Positions 27,859 to 35,755 of a stretch of 64,000 nt of DNA are shown here, piece by piece. The notes below the pieces were generated by a model that searched no databases, was not told the origin of the DNA, and worked only from the letters and a program-made list of their open reading frames with translations. A program made the position numbers and the translations under genes. The stretch is from positions 4,471 to 68,470 of the forward strand of contig JBGVPY010000079.1 in NCBI GenBank assembly GCA_045127235.1, given 5' to 3'. Source of the DNA: Eubacteriales bacterium (lineage in GTDB: Bacteria; Bacillota; Clostridia; Oscillospirales; CAG-272). Every line of letters begins with the position of its first letter. The stretch's first letter is position 1.

Positions 27859-29727
27859 ATGGCTGAAAAATTAGATATGAAATCTATGAATATAACTGAG
27901 GATAACGTTAAAAAGATTCAAGCATTGTTCCCAAATGTAGTAACTGAAATAATGGATGAAGATGGCAAATTTAAACTTGCCATTGATTTTGACGCACTCA
28001 AACAAGAGTTATCAAATGATTTAATAAGCGAAAAGCAAGAAAGATATCAAATGACTTGGCCTGACAAAAGCAAGGCTAAGCTTTTAGCCAACTCTCGTAT
28101 TTCAGCAACTTTACGCCCAGATAAAGAGAAGAGCGTAAACTTTGATACAACTAAAAATCTTTATATCGAAGGCGATAACCTTGATGTATTAAAGCTTCTC
28201 CGTGAAACATATCTTGGTAAAATCAAAATGATTTACATAGATCCGCCTTATAATACAGGCAATGACTTTGTTTATGAAGATGATTTTGCTATGTCAGTTG
28301 ATGAATATTCAGATATTAGTGGAGAATATGACGAGCAAGGCAATAGACTGGTAAAAAATCTTGATAGCAATGGTCGTTTTCATACTGATTGGTTAAATAT
28401 GATTTACCCAAGATTAAAGGTCGCAAGAGATTTGCTTGCGGAAGATGGTGTGATTTTTATCTCCATTGACGAAAATGAAATTGAAAACTTAAAGAAAATT
28501 GCATCGGAAGTTTTTGGTGAGCAAAATTTTGTTGGAGCAGTTATTTGGGAGAGAGCTTTTGCCCCCAAAAACGATGCGAAATATTTTTCTGATAGCCACG
28601 ACTATATAGTAGTATATGCTAAAACTTTGGAATCTTTCGAAATAGGTCTTTTACCCAGAACAGAGGAAGCTAATGCGAGATATAAAAATCCGGATAATGA
28701 TCCTCGCGGACCGTGGACTCCGGACAATATGACTGTAAAAACTTATAGTGCTTCGTATGACTACGAAATCGTTACTCCAAGCGGAACTGTCGTAAAACCA
28801 ACAGATGGAAGATGTTGGTTTACAAGCAAGGAAAGAATGCAGAAGCTCATAAGTGATGGAAGAGTGTGGTTTGGAGAAAGCGGAAGCAACATGCCACGCT
28901 TGAAAAGATATTTAGCAGATGTTCAACAAGGTATGACTGCAACAACTATATGGAAATACACCGATGTCGGTCATAATCAAGAAGGCAGACAGGAAGTAAA
29001 AAAGCTCTTTAGTGATAAGGGATACTTTGACGGTCCTAAGCCTTTACGTTTGCTGGGGAGAATTCTACAAATAGCAAACACAAACAAGGATTCAATTATT
29101 CTTGACTTTTTCTCCGGTTCCGCAACAACCGCACACGCAGTTATGCAATTGAATGCTGAAGATGATGGTAATCGTAAATTTATTATGGTTCAATTGCCTG
29201 AAAAGTGTGAGGAAAAATCTGAAGCATACAAAGCAGGTTATAAGACTATTTGCGATATAGGTGAGGAACGAATTAGAAGAGCTGGCAAGAAGATTATAGA
29301 AGAAACAGGCAAGGATATTGATATTGGATTTAGAGTATTAAAGCTTGATTCTTCAAATATGAATGATGTTTACTATAATCCAAATGCCTTTAACCAAAGT
29401 ATGCTTGATATGACTGTTGATAATGTAAAAGCAGACAGAACACCACTTGATTTGTTGTTCCAAGTTATGCTTGATTTAGGCGTTGAGCTTTCTGCTGATA
29501 TAGTTGAAAAGACAGTAAACGGAAAGAAAATCTATGCAGTTAATGGCAACGACTTAATTGCTTGCTTTGATAATGATATTGACAATGATGTTATAACATC
29601 AATAGCAACAGAAAAGCCACTATATGCAGTATTTAAGGATAAGTCCTTCTCATCCGACAGTGTCGGTATAAATAATGAACAATTGTTCAAAACTTACTCG
29701 CCATCAACAGTTGTAAAGGTAATATAG
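27859..29727 (+). CDS. mod: Type III restriction-modification methyltransferase Mod, copy 2 (different TRD)
   Basis: NLYIEGDNL, IYIDPPYNTG, FISIDENE, FDGPKP, LDFFSGSATTAHAV. Confidence 0.93.
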   Translation: MAEKLDMKSMNITEDNVKKIQALFPNVVTEIMDEDGKFKLAIDFDALKQELSNDLISEKQERYQMTWPDKSKAKLLANSRISATLRPDKEKSVNFDTTKNLYIEGDNLDVLKLLRETYLGKIKMIYIDPPYNTGNDFVYEDDFAMSVDEYSDISGEYDEQGNRLVKNLDSNGRFHTDWLNMIYPRLKVARDLLAEDGVIFISIDENEIENLKKIASEVFGEQNFVGAVIWERAFAPKNDAKYFSDSHDYIVVYAKTLESFEIGLLPRTEEANARYKNPDNDPRGPWTPDNMTVKTYSASYDYEIVTPSGTVVKPTDGRCWFTSKERMQKLISDGRVWFGESGSNMPRLKRYLADVQQGMTATTIWKYTDVGHNQEGRQEVKKLFSDKGYFDGPKPLRLLGRILQIANTNKDSIILDFFSGSATTAHAVMQLNAEDDGNRKFIMVQLPEKCEEKSEAYKAGYKTICDIGEERIRRAGKKIIEETGKDIDIGFRVLKLDSSNMNDVYYNPNAFNQSMLDMTVDNVKADRTPLDLLFQVMLDLGVELSADIVEKTVNGKKIYAVNGNDLIACFDNDIDNDVITSIATEKPLYAVFKDKSFSSDSVGINNEQLFKTYSPSTVVKVI

Positions 29728-29738
29728 GTTGGTAGATT

Positions 29739-32700
29739 ATGAAATTTAAATTTAAAATACAACAATATCAGTCAGATGCGGTAAATGCAATAGCTGATGT
29801 ATTCCAAGGACAACCATATAGTGAACATAATAAATACACTATTGATATGGGTGAAGTAACTAAGCCCTCTGCTCAAATTTCAATGTTTGATGATGGTGCA
29901 GGTAAGGCTGTCCTTAGTGATATTTATAATGATGATATTGGTTTTGCAAATAGCAGAATAGAGCTATCAAGAGATATGCTATTAAATAACATAAGAAATA
30001 TACAGTCCCTTTCCAACATCAATGAGTCAGCAACATTGTGCCACAGCCTTGGTGCAGTTGACCTTGACGTTGAAATGGAAACTGGTACGGGTAAAACTTA
30101 TGTTTACATAAAAACAATGTTTGAACTTAATAAGCGTTATGGCTTTAGTAAGTTCATTGTTGTTGTGCCATCAATAGCTATTCGTGAAGGTGTTAAGAAG
30201 TCCTTTGAAATGACACAAGAACACTTTATGGATACCTATGGTAAGAAGGCTCGTTTCTTTATATATAACTCAAAAAAGCTTGATGAAATAGAACAATTCT
30301 CAAGCTCAAGTGCAATAAATGTTATGATTATTAACATTCAGGCTTTTAGTTCTAAAGGTGCAGATGCTAAAAGAATTTATGAAGAGCTTGACGAATTCCA
30401 ATCAAGAAGACCTATTGACGTTATTGCAAAGAATAATCCAATCTTAATTCTTGATGAACCACAAAGAATGGGCGGCGAAGCAGCACAAGTGTCTTTAAAA
30501 AGATTTAATCCGCTTTTCTCAATCAACTTTTCAGCAACTCACAGAACACAACATAACTTAATTTATGTTTTAGACGCGTTAGATGCTTATAATAAGCGAC
30601 TTGTAAAAAAAATACAGGTAAAGGGCTTCACGATTAAAAATCTTCGTGGAACTAACGGATATTTGTATTTACAAGATATCCTTATTGCGCCAAATAAACC
30701 GCCAAGAGCAAAGATAGAGTTTGAAATTGCATTTAAGAGTGGTAAAGTAAACAGAGAAACCAGAATACTTGATGTTGCAGATAATCTTTATCAAGCTTCA
30801 AACGAAATGGAGCAGTATAAGGACGGCTATGTTATTAGTGAAATAAGTCCCGAAAGAGGAACTGTAACGTTCATTAATGGTGAAGTTATTGAACTTGGAA
30901 CTGCTTATGGTGACGTGTCCGAGATGGATATAAGAAGAGTACAAATTAGAGAAACAATTCGTTCTCACTTTGAGAAGGAAGAGGAAATGTATAATAAAGG
31001 AATTAAGGTATTGTCCTTGTTCTTTATTGACGAGGTTGCTAAATATAGACAATACGATGAAGATGGAAATGAAGTAAACGGTGTTTACGGCAAAATATTT
31101 GAAGAAGAATATATAAATGTTTTTAACGATTATATGACAATGCTCGATACACCATATACTGCGTTCCTTAAATCAACCGACCCATCTAAAGCTCACCAAG
31201 GCTATTTTTCAATAGATAAAAAAGGTCGTAAGGTTGACTCCACTACAAGTAAAAACAGCGATATTTCTGACGATGTATCAGCTTATGACTTGATTTTAAA
31301 GGATAAGGAAAGACTTTTGTCATTTGAAGAGCCAACAAGATTTATTTTCTCTCACTCTGCATTAAGAGAAGGTTGGGATAATCCTAATGTATTCCAAATT
31401 TGCACATTGAAGCATAGTGCTAACAATGTTCAGCGCCGACAGGAAGTAGGTCGTGGACTCAGACTTTGTGTTAATAGCACTGGTGAAAGAATGGATGCAA
31501 CAATTCCAAACTTTGATGTTCATTCTATAAACGTACTAACCGTTGTAGCAAATGACTCATATGAGGATTTCGTTAAGGGACTTCAAACTGAGCTTAAAGA
31601 AAATATGTACGAGCGTCCTAAGAGAGCAACAAAAGAATTCTTTGCTGGAAAGGTTGTTAAGATTAACGGTACTGAAACAACAATTACAACGCAGCAGGCA
31701 AGAAACATCTATGTTTATTTGATTACTAATCAATATCTTGATAATGATGATAAGCCAAATCAAGACTACAAAAATGCAGTAGCAGCAGGTACACTTGCAC
31801 CTTTACCGGAAGAATTGTTCCCACTTACCGAGGTTGTTCATCAACTTGTTCGTTCAACATATGAAAATGTTGAAATTCAAATTGAAAACGGTAATAAGGT
31901 TAAGATGCAGGATAACGCACTTAATGAAAATTTTAATAAGAAAGAGTTCCAAGCACTTTGGAATTTGATTAACCATAAGTACGCTTATACTGTTGAATTT
32001 GACTCCAAGGAGCTTATTGACAATTCAATTAAGGCAATTGATAAGGAGCTTTTTGTAACTCAATTAACTTATACAGTATCAACAGGTGAACAAAAATCAA
32101 ATATTGATGCCGAGCAAGTTAATAACTCTATGTCCTTTAATACCGCAAAGACAAAGACGGATGTTATAAGAACCGCAGCAAGTGATACAATTAAGTATGA
32201 TTTGCTTGGTAAAATCGTTGCTCAAACCTTGTTAACAAGGCAGACAGTAGCGACAATATTAAAGGGCATTAGTCCTATCAAATTCAATATGTATTCACAA
32301 AATCCAGAGGACTTTATAAATAAGGTATCAAAGATAATCAATGAGCAAAAGGCTGACATTATAGTTGACCATGTAACCTATAATATGATTGACGGTTCAT
32401 TTGATGCGAGTATTTTTACAGAGTCCAAAATGAGTATGGAATACAAGCTTGCATTCAAAGCAGAGAAGCATATTAAGGATTATGTTTTTGTTGATGGTAT
32501 AAATAAAATTGATTCAATAGAGCGTAACTTTGCAGCCGAGCTTGATAATGCAAGTGAAGTATGCGTATATGCTAAGCTTCCAAGAGGATTTTATATTCCT
32601 ACACCAGTAGGTAATTACAGTCCAGACTGGGCGATTGCCTTTAATGAAGGCACAGTAAAGCATATTTACTTTGTTGCTGAAACAAAGGGCAGCCTATCAA

Positions 32701-32837
32701 CCGCACAACTTAAAAAAGTTGAAGTTGCAAAAATAGAGTGTGCAAAAGCACTTTATAACAAAATGTCCAATAGCAAAGTCCGCTACGAGCATATAACCAA
32801 TTATACCGACTTACTTAATAATATGAATAAAATATAG
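29739..32837 (+). CDS. res: Type III restriction enzyme Res subunit
   Basis: VEMETGTGKT, ILDEPQ, LREGWDNPNVFQIC, QEVGRGLRL; C-terminal YSPDWAI..VAETKG PD-(D/E)xK nuclease. Confidence 0.93.
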   Translation: MKFKFKIQQYQSDAVNAIADVFQGQPYSEHNKYTIDMGEVTKPSAQISMFDDGAGKAVLSDIYNDDIGFANSRIELSRDMLLNNIRNIQSLSNINESATLCHSLGAVDLDVEMETGTGKTYVYIKTMFELNKRYGFSKFIVVVPSIAIREGVKKSFEMTQEHFMDTYGKKARFFIYNSKKLDEIEQFSSSSAINVMIINIQAFSSKGADAKRIYEELDEFQSRRPIDVIAKNNPILILDEPQRMGGEAAQVSLKRFNPLFSINFSATHRTQHNLIYVLDALDAYNKRLVKKIQVKGFTIKNLRGTNGYLYLQDILIAPNKPPRAKIEFEIAFKSGKVNRETRILDVADNLYQASNEMEQYKDGYVISEISPERGTVTFINGEVIELGTAYGDVSEMDIRRVQIRETIRSHFEKEEEMYNKGIKVLSLFFIDEVAKYRQYDEDGNEVNGVYGKIFEEEYINVFNDYMTMLDTPYTAFLKSTDPSKAHQGYFSIDKKGRKVDSTTSKNSDISDDVSAYDLILKDKERLLSFEEPTRFIFSHSALREGWDNPNVFQICTLKHSANNVQRRQEVGRGLRLCVNSTGERMDATIPNFDVHSINVLTVVANDSYEDFVKGLQTELKENMYERPKRATKEFFAGKVVKINGTETTITTQQARNIYVYLITNQYLDNDDKPNQDYKNAVAAGTLAPLPEELFPLTEVVHQLVRSTYENVEIQIENGNKVKMQDNALNENFNKKEFQALWNLINHKYAYTVEFDSKELIDNSIKAIDKELFVTQLTYTVSTGEQKSNIDAEQVNNSMSFNTAKTKTDVIRTAASDTIKYDLLGKIVAQTLLTRQTVATILKGISPIKFNMYSQNPEDFINKVSKIINEQKADIIVDHVTYNMIDGSFDASIFTESKMSMEYKLAFKAEKHIKDYVFVDGINKIDSIERNFAAELDNASEVCVYAKLPRGFYIPTPVGNYSPDWAIAFNEGTVKHIYFVAETKGSLSTAQLKKVEVAKIECAKALYNKMSNSKVRYEHITNYTDLLNNMNKI

Positions 32838-32848
32838 TCATAAGAAAT

Positions 32849-32881
32849 GCCAGCATATTTGAGAAAAACAAGTATGCTGGC
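32849..32881. terminator. Hairpin at the 3' end of the RM operon
   Basis: GCCAGCATA..TATGCTGGC; no clear T-tract. Confidence 0.45.
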
Positions 32882-33070
32882 TAACTTAATTTTGTGTAAA
32901 ACAAACCGATTTTATAGCGAAAATATTTTTTAATGTAAATTTTTTAACTGCAAAAATTTGTAAATTGAAAACAAATGTACGTAAATTGCAAACAAATATT
33001 CATATTTGTAATTGTTTTGTGAATAAAAATAAAAAAATATGAATTTTATTCAAAAAATATGAAAAAAGGC

Positions 33071-33099
33071 TTGCAATTTCAAAATCATAGTAGTATAAT
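33071..33099 (+). promoter_or_regulatory. SigmaA promoter of serC-serA
   Basis: TTGCAA-17 nt-TATAAT. Confidence 0.7.
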
Positions 33100-33189
33100 A
33101 GGTGCATATTTATTTTTTAGGAGTGCATTTTTCCATTTAATGCATACTCTAAAAAATAGTGAAATTCGCATGTATAAGGAGAGAAGAAA

Positions 33190-34275
33190 ATGGAAAGAGT
33201 TTATAATTTTTCAGCAGGTCCTTCAATGCTTCCTCTGCAAGTATTAGAGACGGCAGCAAGTGAAATGCTTAATTACAAGGGTAGCGGTATGTCTGTTATG
33301 GAAATGAGCCACCGTTCACCTGTTTATGATGAAATAATCAAGGAAGCAGAGGCTTTACTTCGTAAGCTTATGAACATTCCTGATAACTATAAGGTGCTTT
33401 TCTTACAGGGTGGTGCTTCAACTCAGTTTGCAGCTGTTCCACTTAATTTAATGAAAACTGGTAAGGCTGATTACATTGTTTCAGGTCAGTTCTCAGGTAA
33501 GGCACAAAAGGAAGCTATGAAATATGGAGAAGCTAAAATCGTAGCTTCAAGCAAGGAAGCTAACTTCTCATACGTTCCAAAGACAGACCGTTCATCATTT
33601 AGCCCAGATGCAGACTATGTTCACGTTTGCTTTAACAACACAATTTACGGAACAAAGTTCCCATATATTCCTGATACAGGCGATATTCCATTAGTTGCTG
33701 ATATGTCATCATGTATTATTAGTGAGCCTGTTGATGTATCTAAGTTTGGTGTTATCTATGCCGGCGCACAAAAGAATATGGCTCCTGCAGGTCTTACATT
33801 AGTAATTATTAGAGAAGATCTTATGGGTAATGCAAGAGAGAATACACCATCAATGCTTGATTACAAGCTTATGGCTGACAATGACTCTATGTACAATACA
33901 CCACCATGCTACTGCATTTACATTGCAAAGCTTGTATATGAATGGATTTTAGGTCTTGGCGGACTTGAAAAAATGAAGGAAATGAACGAAAAGAAGGCAA
34001 ATCTTCTTTACGATTATCTTGATAGCCAAGATTACTATGTTGCTCCTGTTGAAAAGGAAAGCCGTTCAATGATGAACGTAACTTTCGTTACAGGAGATGC
34101 TGATTTAGATAAGAAATTCGCTAAAGAGGCAGAGGCGCAAGGCCTTAAGAATCTTAAGGGACACCGCTCAGTTGGCGGTATGAGAGCTTCAATTTACAAT
34201 GCTATGCCATATGAGGGCGTAGAAAAGCTTGTTGAATTCATGAAAGAATTCGCAAAAAACAATCCAAAGGCGTAA
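33190..34275 (+). CDS. serC: Phosphoserine aminotransferase
   Basis: YNFSAGPS, MEMSHRS, LFLQGGAS, YAGAQKN, YNTPP, GHRSVGGMRASIYNA. Confidence 0.96.
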   Translation: MERVYNFSAGPSMLPLQVLETAASEMLNYKGSGMSVMEMSHRSPVYDEIIKEAEALLRKLMNIPDNYKVLFLQGGASTQFAAVPLNLMKTGKADYIVSGQFSGKAQKEAMKYGEAKIVASSKEANFSYVPKTDRSSFSPDADYVHVCFNNTIYGTKFPYIPDTGDIPLVADMSSCIISEPVDVSKFGVIYAGAQKNMAPAGLTLVIIREDLMGNARENTPSMLDYKLMADNDSMYNTPPCYCIYIAKLVYEWILGLGGLEKMKEMNEKKANLLYDYLDSQDYYVAPVEKESRSMMNVTFVTGDADLDKKFAKEAEAQGLKNLKGHRSVGGMRASIYNAMPYEGVEKLVEFMKEFAKNNPKA

Positions 34276-34288
34276 AGAGGCATAAATA

Positions 34289-35449
34289 ATGAAGAAGATT
34301 AAATTAATGAATAAAATTGCTTCTGTTGGTACTGACGTATTCGACCGTAGCAAATATGAGGTTTCTGATGAGGTAACAAACGAAGATGCGATAATGGTTC
34401 GCTCTGCGGCGTTACATGATGTAGAATTTGCTGAATCTGTATCTGCGATTGCTAGATGCGGTGCAGGTGTAAATAATATTCCTGTTGACAAATGCACAGA
34501 AAAGGGTATTGTAGTATTCAATACTCCTGGTGCTAATGCAAACGGCGTTAAAGAGCTAGCTGTTTGCGCGCTCGTTTTAGCGGCAAGAAACGTTGTTGGC
34601 GGTATTAAGTGGGCTGAAACACTTGCGGGTCAAGAAAACGTTGCTAAGCTTGTTGAAAAAGGCAAGGGCGCATATGTAGGTAATGAATTAGTTGGCAAGA
34701 CTCTCGGTGTGGTTGGTCTTGGCGCTATCGGTGGTATGGTAGCTAATGCAGCTAATGCGCTTGGTATGAACGTAATGGGATATGACCCATATCTTTCTCC
34801 AAAAGCTGCATGGAGCTTAAATCCATCAATTAAGCAGGCAACAAGCTACGATGAAATTTTCAAGTCATGTGATTACATTTCAATTCACGTTCCTGCAACT
34901 CCACAAACAAAGAATATGATTTGCCGTAGCTCAATTCAATTAATGAAAGACGGCGTTAAGATTATTAACTTAGCGAGAGCTGATTTAGTTAATGCTACGG
35001 ATATTAAGAATGCGCTTGCTGAGGGTAAGGTTTCAGTTTATGTTACTGACTTCCCAACAGAAGAAACAGTTGGAGTAGAAGGAATTATCAACATTCCTCA
35101 CCTTGGTGCATCAACAAATGAAAGTGAAGACAACTGTGCTATTATGGCTGCAAAGCAGCTTGATGCATACCTTTCTACAGGTAATATTCACAACAGTGTA
35201 AACTTCCCAAATGTTGCTCTTGAAGTTTCTGCTGAACACAGAATTTGTGTAATGCATAAGAATATTCCTAACGTTCTTTCAAGAATTACAGGTGCTTTTG
35301 CTTCAATCAATACAAATATTGAGAATATGGCAAATGCATCAAAGGGCGATATTTCATATACTATCGTTGAAACTAACGACCCAATCGCAGAGAACACTGT
35401 GAAAACCGTAATGGCTATTGAAGGCGTATTTAAGGTTAAGTGTTATTAA
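34289..35449 (+). CDS. serA: D-3-phosphoglycerate dehydrogenase with C-terminal ACT domain
   Basis: ARCGAGVNNI, NTPGANAN, GVVGLGAIG, PHLGAST, HKNIPNVL; adjacent to serC. Confidence 0.92.
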   Translation: MKKIKLMNKIASVGTDVFDRSKYEVSDEVTNEDAIMVRSAALHDVEFAESVSAIARCGAGVNNIPVDKCTEKGIVVFNTPGANANGVKELAVCALVLAARNVVGGIKWAETLAGQENVAKLVEKGKGAYVGNELVGKTLGVVGLGAIGGMVANAANALGMNVMGYDPYLSPKAAWSLNPSIKQATSYDEIFKSCDYISIHVPATPQTKNMICRSSIQLMKDGVKIINLARADLVNATDIKNALAEGKVSVYVTDFPTEETVGVEGIINIPHLGASTNESEDNCAIMAAKQLDAYLSTGNIHNSVNFPNVALEVSAEHRICVMHKNIPNVLSRITGAFASINTNIENMANASKGDISYTIVETNDPIAENTVKTVMAIEGVFKVKCY

Positions 35450-35523
35450 TTAGTTATCAAGGTCATTATTGCCCAATAGGGCGAGAAGATGTCCTTTGAT
35501 ATAAATTCTCTCTCTTTATAAAG

Positions 35524-35560
35524 CTACTTAGCAAATTTTTTTGCTAAGTAGTTTTGTTTT
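35524..35560 (+). terminator. Intrinsic terminator of serCA
   Basis: CTACTTAGCAAA-TTTT-TTTGCTAAGTAG followed by T-rich tract. Confidence 0.85.
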
Positions 35561-35582
35561 TTTCATTTTTTTGGTAAAGCTA

Positions 35583-35611
35583 TTGACAGAACAAAAGATA
35601 AGTGATAAAAT
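35583..35611 (+). promoter_or_regulatory. SigmaA promoter
   Basis: TTGACA-17 nt-TAAAAT with extended -10 TG. Confidence 0.8.
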
Positions 35612-35615
35612 AATT

Positions 35616-35697
35616 ACATAAGGGAGTAATCAACGGATTCCGTAATAAAGTCAACATAAGGGCATAGCCTGGCTTTATTTTAAATGATGAGACTTAT
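35616..35697 (+). promoter_or_regulatory. yybP-ykoY (Mn2+-sensing) riboswitch aptamer
   Basis: TAAGGGAGTAA..GTCAACA..GCCTGGC..TGAGACTTA pattern; overlaps a terminator; lies upstream of a P-type ATPase, the usual context. Confidence 0.8.
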
Positions 35698-35725
35698 CTG
35701 TTTTAGCAGATAGGTCATTTTTGTT
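35690..35725 (+). terminator. Riboswitch expression-platform terminator
   Basis: GACTTATCTG-TTTTAG-CAGATAGGTC-ATTTTT; the 5' arm is the aptamer 3' strand. Confidence 0.8.
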
Positions 35726-35755
35726 ATTACACCTTAAATATTAAAGGAGAAAACT

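Noticed and set aside
25960-29727. Slipped-strand phase variation (phasevarion) inside the mod genes
   Set aside because: No simple-sequence repeat tract was seen in either ORF. The heptamer array lies upstream of DUF4391, outside any coding frame (in-frame TAA at 25309).
21561-32837. Assignment to DISARM, BREX or the DUF499/DUF3780/DUF1156 restriction-like system
   Set aside because: No DrmA/DrmB, PglZ/BrxC or DUF499/DUF1156-like genes are recognisable; the methylases and nuclease are clearly Type III Mod/Res.
21260-32960. Direct repeats (att sites/TSD) bounding the RM island
   Set aside because: Visual comparison of 21260-21560 with 32840-33060 showed no convincing shared repeat, and there is no integrase; boundaries remain undefined.
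33059-33247. 62-aa ORF upstream of serC
   Set aside because: It overlaps the serC promoter, leader and start in another frame; spurious.
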